Shown: piece by piece, positions 13,279 through 26,400 of the stretch
Layout: each line of letters starts with the position of its first letter
Numbering within the stretch: position 1 is the first letter of the stretch
Source: Monocercomonoides exilis PA203
Lineage: Eukaryota; Protista; Preaxostyla
Assembly (NCBI GenBank): GCA_001643675.2
Contig: LSRY02000031.1
Span: forward strand, 1,135,393 to 1,199,392
Direction of reading: 5' to 3'
DNA: 64,000 bases
Notes under the pieces: model-generated
Databases searched by the model: none
Seen by the model: the letters and a program-made list of their open reading frames with translations, nothing else
What the model was told of the DNA's origin: nothing
Made by a program: the position numbers and the translations under genes

Positions 13279-15470
13279 GGAACCAATTTTCTGAAGAATG
13301 ATGAGTGCAGTATTGGCTATCTTTTTTAGTGTTTTTTTATCATTAAATTCTCATCTCTTTCAAAATGAAGCAAATGTTTTAAGTCAAGTTTCGAATCGAT
13401 AAAAAAGTTTATGTTTGGTTCGATATTGTCAAAATTTGCAGAAAACTTATTCACAAATATTGTGAAAAATATTTGGGATATTCTTTTTTAAAATTATAAC
13501 TTTTTTCGCGGTGTTAATTTTTGTAAGGTTATTAGTAGGGTCAACTTTTTAATGGGGCTTTTTCTTTTATTGGCACTTTTTTTTTGTTTTTGCATGCCAG
13601 TCATTCAATAAAACTTAATGAACCACAACACTCGGGCGAGGGTGTTTATAAAACAAATCCATTAAATTACAGGTTTGTTTTTTAAATTTTGTTTAATTTT
13701 CGTAGAGATATGTGTGATTATATTTGAAATCAAATTTTTTCATTCAAAAATTTCAGTAAAAATATATTTCTGAAATATCAAATAAAGAAGTTGAAAAGTG
13801 AATAGGCTTATTGAAGACATTTTATTCTTTGATTTAAAAGAACCATTTGTTTTTAAAAACATTTATCATGCTTTTTTACTTTTGAAAAACAATTTTCTTT
13901 TATAAAGCTGACAATCTTTGAAAACTGATACCCCGAAAAAAGTTATGATTTCAAAAATAATCACCCATATAGCAATTTTTTATTTATTTTGAAGTGACTT
14001 TTTTCAGCCGAGGAAGCATTTCACAAAAATAAGAAATCCATTTTTAAAATCTACTAGCATTATCCTTTTTATATTCAAAATCTTAAGTTTAACAACTTGT
14101 TTTTTCTTTATTTTTTCACATTTCAATTTTATATCAACATGCGAATACAATTTTGAAAATTTCTTTGTTATTAAAATGAAGTGTTAAAAATAAAAATATG
14201 ATATTATAAATACACACTCTTATTGAGAAGTGTGAAAAAGGTTGAACATAAAAACTTTCTATTTGCATCAAACAAATGAATGGTCACAACATTGAATGAT
14301 CTGAGATCAAACTTATTCTATTTTGATGTGTTTGATGCAAATAGAAAGTTTTTATGTTCAACCTTTTTCACACTTCTCAATAAGAGTGTGTATTTATAAT
14401 ATCATATTTTTATTTTTAACACTTCATTTTAATAACAAAGAAATTTTCAAAATTGTATTCGCATGTTGATATAAAATTGAAATGTGAAAAAATAAAGAAA
14501 AAACAAGTTGTTAAACTTAAGATTTTGAATATAAAAAGGATAATGCTAGTAGATTTTAAAAATGGATTTCTTATTTTTGTGAAATGCTTCCTCGGCTGAA
14601 AAAAGTCACTTCAAAATAAATAAAAAATTGCTATATGGGTGATTATTTTTGAAATCATAACTTTTTTCGGGGTATCAGTTTTCAAAGATTGTCAGCTTTA
14701 TAAAAGAAAATTGTTTTTCAAAAGTAAAAAAGCATGATAAATGTTTTTAAAAACAAATGGTTCTTTTAAATCAAAGAATAAAATGTCTTCAATAAGCCTA
14801 TTCACTTTTCAACTTCTTTATTTGATATTTCAGAAATATATTTTTACTGAAATTTTTGAATGAAAAAATTTGATTTCAAATATAATCACACATATCTCTA
14901 CGAAAATTAAACAAAATTTAAAAAACAAACCTGTAATTTAATGGATTTGTTTTATAAACACCCTCGCCCGAGTGTTGTGGTTCATTAAGTTTTATTGAAT
15001 GACTGGCATGCAAAAACAAAAAAAAAGTGCCAATAAAAGAAAAAGCCCCATTTAAAAGTTGACACTAATTGAGAAATGATGTTGTGTTAAAACGTTTCAT
15101 TCAACACAACTATTTCAAGAACAAATGTTTTTCCTTTTTCCAAGATGAAAATTTTTCAACACATCTTTTTTCTTTTTTGTGGTTATTTGCCAATATTCAA
15201 AGAAAATTATTCATATCGAGAATTATGAATAAAAAAATATCATTTCAAAAATAATCACACATTTTTATAATAAAAAAACAAACATTTTCTTCTCTTGAAT
15301 TATCTTTATTAAACATTTATTTTTCATTAATAGAATTTCGATTTCGATTGAAAGTTTTTTGATTTCGTTTAAAAGTTTTTCGATTTAATTGATTGATTTT
15401 CAACTTTGAATAATTTTTGGTGAAATGGGACAATATTTTTGCAATTATGAAAAAAACTGAGATTTGTTCA
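12845..15470. mobile_element. Putative non-autonomous foldback-type element with nested inverted repeats
   Basis: Diverged outer inverted repeats (about 12845-13000 vs 15335-15470) contain about 20 nt subrepeats (AAGTCGAAAAACTTTCAA-like) and enclose a near-perfect inner palindrome. No ORF and no target-site duplication identified. Confidence 0.45.
13540..15063. repeat. Near-perfect palindrome: arms 13540-14274 and 14329-15063, 54 nt spacer
   Basis: Paired coordinates sum to 28603 at both ends. For example CACAACACTCGGGCGAGGG (about 13624) pairs with CCCTCGCCCGAGTGTTGTG (14961). One mismatch seen near the outer edge. Confidence 0.97.
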
Positions 15471-15502
15471 AAACTTTTTCTCCAAACTTATCATTATAAA
15501 TC
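15422..15502 (+). repeat. Dispersed repeat also found at 51357-51437 (+) and mirrored at about 50276-50356 (-)
   Basis: GAAATGGGACAATATTTTTGCAATTATGAAAAAAACTGAGATTTGTTCAAAACTTTT vs GAAATGGGACGAAATTTTTGCAATTATGAAAAAAACTGAGATTTGTTCCAAACTTTT. Confidence 0.9.
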
Positions 15503-15871
15503 TTTCATTTCCATGTCAAAAAAATATAGAAAAATTCTAAATTTGAGAAAAAATGTTTATATGAGTTGAATGGAACAAAATTCAGAAAGCAAAAAATTTC
15601 ATCCCAAATATTTATCAAAAAAGGATTAGATCAACATTTTATTTTGATAATCTCTAAAGGAAACATAACATTGAACAAAACAAATCTTGTCCACATCCTA
15701 TTACGTGCTCTTTCGATAAAATTTTTAACTAATAATTTAACAAATTATATGATTTTTCATTTATAAGCTTTTTTTGAAATATTTAATGGATCTAACCTAA
15801 AGTTGATTTTTTCTTTTTGAGATCATATTGTTTTTTGTTATTTGTGGTATTAAACGGAACTGCAAATCACA

Positions 15872-17887
15872 ATGACAGATGATCAGCTGCAAAATGAAGA
15901 GGACATTGCTTTAGAGCAAACTATGAGCCTTAAAACAAAAAGGAAGCGTTCATTACGTCTTGCTTCAACAACGCCTCCTTCTTCTCCACAACATCGACAA
16001 TTTTCCATTGAAGATAGTACAAACGAGAGAGTCGAATTAAAGCCTCAAAAGACAAGAAAAATTGAGCAAGAAGATATTGGAGGAGTTATTATATCATCGG
16101 AATCTGTTGCACAATCTTCTGTTCCTTTGCCAAAATCACCACCTTTAAAAAGACCACACATTACAACATTTTATGAAAAAATACAGAGTAAAAAGAGAAC
16201 TCAACAAGCAGGAGCTCCTCCACGTCCGAATTCTCCGCCATTTGTTATTCATACTTCTACTCAACTTCCAGTTGTTACACCTCATCCAGGAAGAAATCCT
16301 TTTGCTGTTCAGAATAGTAAATCCATTGTCCTTTCTCCTCCTCAATCACCGTTGCTTTATCAAGCAGCAACAACAAATTCAACGCACGTTTCATCTTTCC
16401 CCGTTATTTCAAACAGTGGATCTCAACAGAAAGGTTCACAACAGGTACCTTTGTTGCAGTCATCTTCAAAGCACCAAACACAAGCACAGATACATGCAAC
16501 AAGGCAAGCTGCTCTAACACAACATATTTCGAACGAACAAGCACAATTTCCTCATATTCACAAAGGAAGCGATAAAGTGAATGAAAATGATAGTTCAAAG
16601 TTTGCTTTTCAAACTCCAATTCAGAGGTCATCATCAGATGGCAAAAAAGCCGGAGAAACTTTTGAGGCCAGAGGAAATCATGAAAGAACCAAAGATTACG
16701 CCGCAAAGGAGCAGCAAGTGCCCAAAGAAGAAGTGCGCAAGGCGAGCCAGCAGCAAGCGAAAGACCGCATTCTTTTTTCGCCGTCTTCATTTCAGCTCAC
16801 GCCGGCCATTCACCAAGCAGCTGCACATTCATTTCAGACAGCCATTTCACCACAGACACAGACACAGACACAGACACAGACACCTTCAATAACAGCAACA
16901 CAAACACAAACACAAACACAATCAATTGCACAGTCAATCACACATTCAATGACACAGCCACAAATACAGACACAAATGCAGACACAAGCACAGGCGCAGT
17001 TCCTGGCGCCGCTGCAGATCCAAACAGCACAGGGCTCAAGTAATAATAATAATAGTAATAGTAATAGTAGTAGTAATAATAACAATACTGCTTCTAACAA
17101 TGTGCATCAGGCATTTGACGAGTCAGAGATTGCATCGTTGAAGGCTGCGATTCAGTCGTTGATTGTGTGTTTATTTTATGTATTTTGTATTTCTTTTTTT
17201 CAAACAGTGGTTTTGGAGATGGAGCATAGAAGAACATTAATTAATTAATTTATATATTTCTGAAGAAATTTTTTTTCTCCATTTTTCTATTTTCTATTTT
17301 CTATTTTCTATTTTCTTTCTTTCTTTTTAACTTTTAATCTTTTCTCAATCCATATATCTTATCCCTTACTCAACAGGCCGAGAAAGAAGTACTTGAAGAA
17401 AGAGCGAAGAAAATTGAAAGAGAAAAAGCAGAAGCCGAACGAGAGAAAGAAGCTGTGCAGGACGAATTGACTAACACATCACTGACACTTCGGACTTGCA
17501 TAGAAGTTTGCATTTTATTTTATTTTATTTTATTTTATTTTATTTTATTTTATTTTATTTTATTTTATTTTATTTTATTTATTTATTTCATTCTTCGTTA
17601 TTTGCTTTATTCGTTCGTTCCTTCTTTTCTTTCATTCTATCTTTCATTTATCCATTCATTTTTCTTTCTTTCTTTTTCTTTTCAATTTTTTTCGTTTTCC
17701 ACTTTTCTTTTTAATGATGAATCTTATTCTTCTTCATTTTCTTAGCAAAAAATGGATATTGCTCGCAAAAGCGAGCAAGCTCAAAAACTGGTGTGAAAAA
17801 TAGCATTTTTTCGTTTCGCACACATATATTTCATAAATTTTTTCTTTTCTTTTCTTTTCTTTTCTTTTCTTTTTTAAAACTTAAAAA

Positions 17888-17926
<39 letters not shown>

Positions 17927-19041
17927 ACTCACTCACTCACTACAACTTCACAGATGAACCAGAAGTTGTGTGAAGAGGTGATTATCGTAGCCACAATGGA
18001 AGAACAACAAAGAAGAGCTGCTTTGCGTGAAACAGATCAAAGACTGGGATATGTCACTTATCAAAGGTGTGTGATGTGGAGTTATATTTGGGAATTTATT
18101 TTGAAAGTCTTTTTATTTTTTTTTATATAATTTTTATTTTATTTTTCTTTTATTTCTCTTATTTTATTTTCTTTGCCTTTCTCTTTATTTGTTTCTAACA
18201 CACTAAAAAAAAAAAAAACCCTTATTTGTCTTCTTCTCTTCTTCTTCTCTTCTTCTTCTTCTCTTCTTCTTCTTCTCTTCTTCTTCTTCTCTTCTTCTTC
18301 TATCAGAATTGGCTCAACAGGCACAGAAGTCTGGGTCGATGGCAAGCATTTCCGTGACTTGATGATCCAAAAAGAAGAAAACGAACGAAAAATTGCTCTT
18401 TTGAAAGAGGAAGAGAAGATGATTAAGCAAAACATTTCTTCGATTGCTTCTTCTTCTTCTTCTTCTTCTTCTTCCTCATCTTCTTCATCTTCTTCCACAT
18501 TCACTTCATCAATATCATCATCATCAGCATCACCTTCACCATCACCTTCATCACCTTCATTTCATTCGTCGTCATCATCATCTTCCTCTTCTTCCTCATC
18601 CTCATCATCATCTTCCTCCTCTTCTTCTTCTGTTTTCCCTTCTTCCTCTTCTTCTCCTGCTCCTTTTTCGCTTTCTTCTTCCTCTTCTGCCATCACTTCT
18701 GCTAACACAACACCCACAAATTTGTCTCGAAGCAATTCATTTCAATCAGGTGTGAGGAATTTAAGAGGAAAAGAAAGAGAAAGAAAAGAAAGAAAGAAAG
18801 AAAGGAAAAGAAAGAGAAAGAGAAGAAAGTTATTATTAATGCTTATTAAAAATTCTATTGCTTTTTGTATCAAATAATATACACTTTGTAATGATTCCTT
18901 TCGTTCAACCTCTTTAATATTCTTTTCCCTCAATTTCTTTCTCAATCAATTTATTATTTTCCCCTTATTCTTCTCCTTCAACTTCTTCTTATTCTTCCTC
19001 CTCCTTCTCCATTATTCCCCTTTCTTTTTCCCTTCGCTTTA

Positions 19042-19090
<49 letters not shown>

Positions 19091-21928
19091 CTTTCCCTCC
19101 TTCCCTCCCTCCCTCTCTCTCTTTCTCTTTCTCTCTCTCTTTCTCTTTCTCTCTCTTTCTTTCTTTTCCTCTCTCATTTTATTTCTTTATTTCTTTCTTT
19201 CTTTCTCTTCATTCAGTCATCCAATCAGCCGAGTTATACATCCAATTGGATTGTGTTCAAAGAGAGCTGAGAGAAAGGCAGAAGAAGACTTTGCAATTGG
19301 AACAGAAGCAGATGAAGTTGGAGGCAAAAAAGGAAATGCATATCAGAGAGACAAGGAAGGCGAGGGAAGAGGTATGAGAATGAAGAAGAAGAAGAAGAAG
19401 AAGAAGATAATGAAAAAGAAAGAAAGAAAGAAAGATGAAAAGAAAAAAATTTTTTGTGAAAATAAAGTTTTTTTTCTTTTTGAGCAATAAAGTTTGTAAT
19501 TTTGATTTTATTTTTCTTTTATTTTTGTGATTCTGTTTTTTTCGAACTTTCATTCTTCATTTCTCTTCCCTTTTTATGTTACCATTTCTTTCTATTATTT
19601 ATTTATTTGTTTATAATTTTTATTTTAATTATTATTATTCTGTTTTTTCTCTCATTCATTTATTTATTCATTCATAAATTTATTTATTTATTTTATTCCA
19701 TCCCAAGCTCTTCTCTTCCTTCACCGTTGGCTCCGTCTTCCTCCGCCGCTACATCATCCTCAGCCTCATCGGCAGCGGAGGTTTTTCTTCTGTCTACAAA
19801 GCGCGAGACATCGAAAACAACTGCTTTGTCGCTCTGAAGGTGCATTCGATGCAGCGAGGGTGGAATGCGGAGAGGAAGGAGAACTATGCAAAGCACGTGG
19901 TGAGGGAGCTGACGATACAGAGGGAGTTGAAGAACAGACATATTGTGCAGTTGATAGATGTGCATGTGATGAACGAGGATATCATTGTGGCAGTGTTGGA
20001 GTACTGCGAAGGGGGAGATCTGGAAGGGAGGATGAAGCAGAGGCTGGTGGAGGCGAAGAGGAAGATGGAGGAGGAGAAGGAGTGGAGGAAGAGGAAGGAG
20101 TGGGAGGAGGAGGAGTTTGGGGTGGAGAGAAGAGAGAGGGAAAGGGAGAGGGAAAGGGAGAGGGAAAGAGAAAGAGAAAGAGAGAGAGAAGGAGAAAGAG
20201 GAGAAAGAGGAAGGATGGTGATAGAGGAGGAAGGAGTTAACAGTGGGAAAATGCAAAGGCAGATAATTGCACCAACGGCAACTCATTCAATGGTAGGTAT
20301 GATGGATGAGAGAGAAAGAAATGCTGATGATAAGAAGCAGGCTATGCAATCATCATCATCATCTTCATCTTCTTCCTCTTCCTCTTCTTCCTCTTCCTCT
20401 TCCTCTTCCTCTTCCTCTTCCTCTTCCTCCTCTTCTTCAAATATCAGCAGAAGTGGTTATCTAAATGACAATGATAACAATGATAATAACAATGAAAATA
20501 ATAATTATAATAATCACAATGCAAAAGAATCTTTTTATAACCACAACCACACTTATAGCAGTAGTTCAGCAGAAACACTTCTCTTCAGTGAAAGTGAATG
20601 CCGAAGCATCATTGGGCAAGTGATGCTTGCTCTTGTGTATCTGTCCCAACAGAAGAGGCGGGTGATCCATTATGACCTGAAACCGGCGAATGTTCTGTTT
20701 AAAGAAGGGAACAGGGTTTTGATATCTGATTTTGGCTTGTCGAAAGTGATGGAAGGGAGCGAAGAGAGCGATATTGAGCTGACGTCACAGGGAGCAGGGA
20801 CGTATTGGTATCTGCCCCCTGAGTGTTTTGTGCAAGGTGTGTGGTTTTGAGAGAAAATATGTAAATAAATGAATATGTTAATAAATGAACATATGAATAT
20901 GAATATGAATATATATTTGTGTGTGAGAGGGAAGAAGGAAAGGAGTGAGAGAAGGAGAAGGAGAAAGAGAAGGAGAATGATTGATATCATTGCGTTCAAA
21001 TAAAGTTCTGGATTTTTTCTATTTAATAATAGTAAAACTTTTATATCAAATTTATATTTTTTTTGTTTTATCACTTTTATTAATAATAATCTTATTTATA
21101 ATTGCTTTTTTAATTTATTCACAATTATTCTTTTCATCTTCATCATCACTTTCCCTTCCCCCCTCCCCCCCCTTCCTTTAGCCGCACCTCCCCCCACCGC
21201 TCCGATCTCCTTCACCCTCTCCCCCTCTGCTCTTCCATCCCCCGCTTTACCTCATCAGCCTTCTTCTCTTCCATTCAATGCCAACAAAATCGAGCCCAGA
21301 ATAAACAACAAAGTGGATGTGTGGTCGGTTGGAGTGATTCTCTTTCAGCTTCTCTTTGGGAAAAGGCCGTTTGGACACACACAAACACCGCAGAGCATTT
21401 TGATCAATAGAACAATTCTGAATGCGTTTGAGGTGGAGTTTCCAGATACAAGGAGGATTTCGGAGGAGGCGAAAGTATGTGTTATGCTATTATTTATTAT
21501 TCAATATTCATTGCTATTGCTATTGCTATTGCTATTGCTATTATTTATTTATTTATTTATTAATTAATTAATATTTTTTTATTTTGATTGCTTGATGTAA
21601 TAAATTTATAAATGCTAATATTTTCAATATGAAAAATTATCACTTTTTTTCCCCCTTTCATTTTTCATTCTTTTCTTTTCCTTTTTTTTTCTTTTCCAAC
21701 TTTTAACTCTAATTATTATTTCAATCAACCAAACAGGACTTTATTCTCCAGTGTCTCAAATACAACCCGTCTCAAAGGATGGATGCAGTCACTTCTCTTT
21801 CCCACCCTTTCCTTTCGCCTCTCACCCACATCCCAAAAGAACTTGTACCAGCAACCACAATTCCGACTCCTCCTTCTTCGCCTCCTCCTTCCTCTTCTTT
21901 CACTTCATATGTGTCAACATTTTCATAA
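15872..21928 (+). CDS. TLK: Tousled-like Ser/Thr kinase, multi-exon
   Basis: Coiled-coil motif RLGYVTYQRIGSTGTEVWVDGKHF. Kinase motifs LIGSGGFSSVYKA, VALKVH, KENYAKHVVRE, VLEYCEGGDL, IHYDLKPAN, DFGLSK, IELTSQGAGTYWYLPPECF, KVDVWSVGVI, KRPFGH. Last exon 21737-21928. Confidence 0.93.
17512..17585. repeat. (TTTTA)n microsatellite in a TLK intron
   Basis: Directly visible, about 14 units. Confidence 0.9.
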
Positions 21929-23003
21929 AACGGATTAATTTCTTTCTTTTCTTTTCTTTCTTTCTTTTTTTTTTTTTCTTTTCTTTTCTTTTCTTTTCTT
22001 TTCTTTTCTTTTCTTTTCTTTTCTTTTTATTTCCTTATTCATGAGTCTTGTTTGAATTTGTTTTGTACTTTTTAAAAAATGAAGATTGTATAAATATATA
22101 TCTATTTTTTTCATGATTATGTAATTTATTTTTAATTTTGTATTTTTTATTATGGCTTAGAGCTCTTAAGATCATTCTTTTTTTTTGTTTTTATCAGAAA
22201 ATATATAATTCTTATTGTAACATATTTGATTAAATGTATCATCCAAATGCTGTTTAATTATCCTCCGCTTCAATTCTGTTTTCTTTTCTTTTCTTTTAAT
22301 TTGCAGATCTCGTGCAAAGTTAATTTAGACACAGAAAATAATCGACTTTGAAGAAATTAAAATTGTAATTATTTTTAAGTAATTATCTTTAATGAAAAAA
22401 CGGAGAAATTCGAAAAGAACAAAATTTCTTCACAGTTAAAGACAGATTGTTTTAATTATCATTATTTTTTTTTCCCCATCAAAACCAAATTGAAATGGTT
22501 ATTCTTTGAAGAAATAAATTGGATTAATGATAAGCATTTATTCACAAAGAAGAGAATGGAAAGTGAATAAGAAAGGCAGTTATAACTCTCTTTTTATTCA
22601 TTTCAAATCATTAACAATAAAAATTTGCTGGTTCTTCAAACTAAACAACTAGTAAACTTTTGATTTCAATTTTTTTTACAAGATAAATCCAAAATTCATG
22701 AACGCAATTGTTATTTTCACCAAAGTGAATACCTATCAGAAAAAATAGCCGACAATAGAAACAACAACCTCAGTCATAAAAAAATCCAAATGAACGTTGA
22801 AGAATAAGAAATCATGAGCTGAATTGAATAAATAGGATAATAAATCTATTGTGAAATGGATAAATAAATAAAATAAAATAACAATAACAATAATAACAAT
22901 TAAACAAAGATTAAAATAAAGAAAAAGAATAAAAAAATATACACCTTATTTTGTAACCTTATGGAAATTTTGTGAATGAAAACAAAGATATAGAAAAGAA
23001 AGG

Positions 23004-23004
<1 letters not shown>

Positions 23005-23050
<46 letters not shown>
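23005..23050. repeat. Poly-A tract of about 46 nt
   Basis: Directly visible, intergenic or 3' of the UBL gene. Confidence 0.9.
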
Positions 23051-23052
<2 letters not shown>

Positions 23053-23414
23053 AATTTAAAAATTAAAAGATCAAACTGTAGAATTCCAAAATTAAAAATT
23101 CCAATAAAAATAAAATAAAATAAAATAAAATAAACTCACAATTTACATATTGAAGTGTCTTATAAATATTTTTAGATCTGTATAATTCATCTTCATTATT
23201 TTTTATTAAAAAAATTTTTTTTTCAATTTTCAAACAAAAAATGGAGAATAAATAAACAAGTTAATATATAAACAAAATAAAACTTTTCAAAAACAAGTGA
23301 TCAAATAAAATAAAAATTTAATTCAATTCAATTCAACCCATCCCAACTTAACCAATCCCAACTCAATCTTTCTCAATCAAATTTCACATAAAACTTCACA
23401 TAAAAACTTCATTT

Positions 23415-26400
23415 TTACTCCTTCTTTTCTTCTTTTTCTTCTTTTCCTTCTTCTTCTTCTAATTTATCCTTATCAGAATTATCTTCATTTCTTCTCTGCT
23501 CTTCTCTTGCTGCTTTTGTGGCTGACAACAAGAAATGCTGCAAAAGCAACAGATTTCGCTTATATTCAATAGACCTGTTTTGTTGGTTTAGATTTTTATC
23601 AGAAGAATTAGAAGAAGAATTAGATTTATCAGAAGAAGAAGAAGAAGGAGGAGGAGGAGGAGGAAGAGAAGAAGAATTAATAGAAGAAGAAGAATTATCA
23701 GTAATATTATCTGAAGAAGAATTTGAAGAATCATTAGAAGAAGAAATAGCAGAATTAGTAGAACCATCGCATTTATTCATAACATTTCTGCATTTACCAG
23801 AAGAAACACCTGAAAGACGATAATTATTATTATTAATATTATTATAATTATCATGATCATAAGAACGACTAGAATACATAGGAAAACGAAGAAAATCGGG
23901 AAAATCTGATTGATAATAGCCATTGCTCGTATCAATATCACCATAGATGTTTATATTACTATCATTGGATTCGCTATCATCATCATTATCAGAAGAAGAA
24001 GAAGAAGAAGAAGAAGAAGAAGAAGAAGAAGAAGAAGAAGAATGAGAAGAAGAATGAGAAGAAGAAGAAGAAGAAGAAGAATCTTTAGGAATCATAAGCT
24101 TTTTCAGTGTTTCCATTGCTTCTCTGTATTCCTGTGGAAAACCTGCATATTCATCTGAATTTTGTGTTTGTGAAGAAGAAGAAGAAGAAGAATTTGATGA
24201 TGAAGATAAGGAAGAGGAAGAGGAAGAGGAAGAGGAAGAAGAAGAAGAAGAAGAAGAAGAAGAAGAAGATGTTGATGATGAATTTGAAGAATTAGAAGAA
24301 AAAGAATTAGAAGAACGACTTGAAGCAGTTGCAGTAGTAGAAGATGATGATATTGATGATGAAGGATTAGAAGAAGAAGAAGGTGGAGGCGGAGGAGGAG
24401 GAGGAGGAATATGAGATGAAGGAAATATGAAAGAATAATTCTGATGAGGAGGAGAAAAAGAAGGAGAAAGAGAAGAAAAAGAAGGAATATGAGAATTATT
24501 TGAATTCATTCCAAAATTAGTTCTAAATATATCTTCAACTTTAATATCATCATCATCATCTTTACAAACATAATTATAATAATATTCATTTATTTCTTCT
24601 TCAAAATCTTCTTCTCCTTCTTCTTCCCCTTCCCCTTCCCCTTCCCCTTCTTCTTCTTCTTCTTCTTCTTCATCTGCAATAATCGAAGCTAAAGAAGAAC
24701 TAAATGAAGAATTCAAAGAAGAAGGAGAAGGAGAAGAAGGAGAAGGAGAAGAAAGAGGAGGAGGGGTGGAAGAAGGAGAAGGAGGAGGAGGTGTGTCTGG
24801 AAGAGGAATGGAGTTATGAGAGAAAGAAATGCTTGAAGGGACAAAGGGAATTTTGGATGGGTCGAAGATGGGGGAAGAGAAGGAAGGGACATAACAAGGG
24901 AAGAAAGAAGGGAAAGAAGAAGAAGGATGAGAAGAAGAGGAGGGGGAAGAAGAGGAGGAGGAAGAAGAAGGATTTGACGATGATGATGATGAAGGTTTTG
25001 AAGAAGGAAGAGAAGAGGAAGGAGAAGGAGAAGAAGAAGATGATGAAGAAGAATTAGAATTAGAATCAGTAGTAGTAGTAGAAGAAGAAGATGAATTTGA
25101 AGAAGAATCAGAAGAAGGAGGAGGAGGAACATTCGGATAAGCAACACGAGGACACGGAGGATTCGAATTAGGAGGGTAATAAGTGATTCCTTTGATGCTG
25201 AATTTGAAGTTCTTTGACAACCCAGGCATTCTTAAATGTCCTATCTGTTGGTTGCTGAAAGGAGGAGGAAAAGTAAATTTGATCGGTTTTGGCTGAGTTT
25301 CGGTTGTTTGTGAAGAATTAGAGGAATTAGAAGAATTAGAAGAACAAGAAGAACAAGAAGAATTTGATGATTTTATTGGATTTGTTGGATTTCCTAAGTT
25401 TGTTTGGTTCATTGTATTTATTGAGTTTATTGATTCCTTTGTGGAGTTATTAGAATTGCATTCAGAATAAGAATAAGATGGTTGTTTGCTTGATTGATTG
25501 GATAATTCACTTGAAGAAGAAGAAATAGAAGAAATAGAAGAAGAAGAAGAAGAAGAAGAAGAAGAAGAAGGAAGAGGAGAAGAAGAAGATAGTAAACGAG
25601 TAGAATAAGGTTGATGAATGTTGTTTGGCTGTGCTGAAGAAGAAGGAAAAGAAGAAGAAGAAGAAGAAGAAATAAAAGATTTAGATGAATTAGAAGCATC
25701 ATCATTATCAACAGGGGAAGAATTATCTGAAGAAGAAGTTTTTGTTGAAATTGCAGCTGAAAATAAAGCGGATAATGGAGAAGATATGGAAGAAGAATTG
25801 GAAGAAGGATGAGAAGAATTAGTAGAAGAAGAATTAGAATTAGAAGAAGACTGATTCAATGAAGAACGAGCTGTGACTGCAGCTAAACGCTCTAAGGCCA
25901 TTCGAAAGGCTTGTGAAGCAGAAATATTAGAAGAAGAAGAAGAAGATGATGATGATGAATTTCCTTTGTTCTGTTGTTGTGTTTGTGTATTTTTACCTTG
26001 TTCGGATTTGTTTTTCGATTTTTTGTTCTTTTTGGATCGTTTTCCCTTTTTAACTGAATTTTCTGGTTTTTCAGAGATAGAAGAAGAAGAGGAAGAAGAA
26101 GTAGAAATTGATTGATTAGTTTGCTTGTAATTATCTGAAGAAGAAGAAGAAGATGAAGACGAAGGAGGAGAAGAAGATGAACAATCACTCAACAATTTTT
26201 GCTCTCTTTCACTGTTTGCTCCGTTATTTGCCATCGATTTAGCCTTCGCCTCATTCTCAATCGTACTTTCTGGCTGTGTTGGATCTCTTTTCTCTTCTTT
26301 CTTTTCTTTTCCCTCAAAATATTCCTTTTTTTCTTCATTTTCTTCATTTTCTTTGTTTTCTTTATTTTCCTTTTTCTCTCTGTTCTTCTTTGCAGATAGC

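Noticed and set aside
22200-22860. Possible small exons on the minus strand downstream of the UBL gene
   Set aside because: Could not assemble a consistent spliced frame or recognisable protein.
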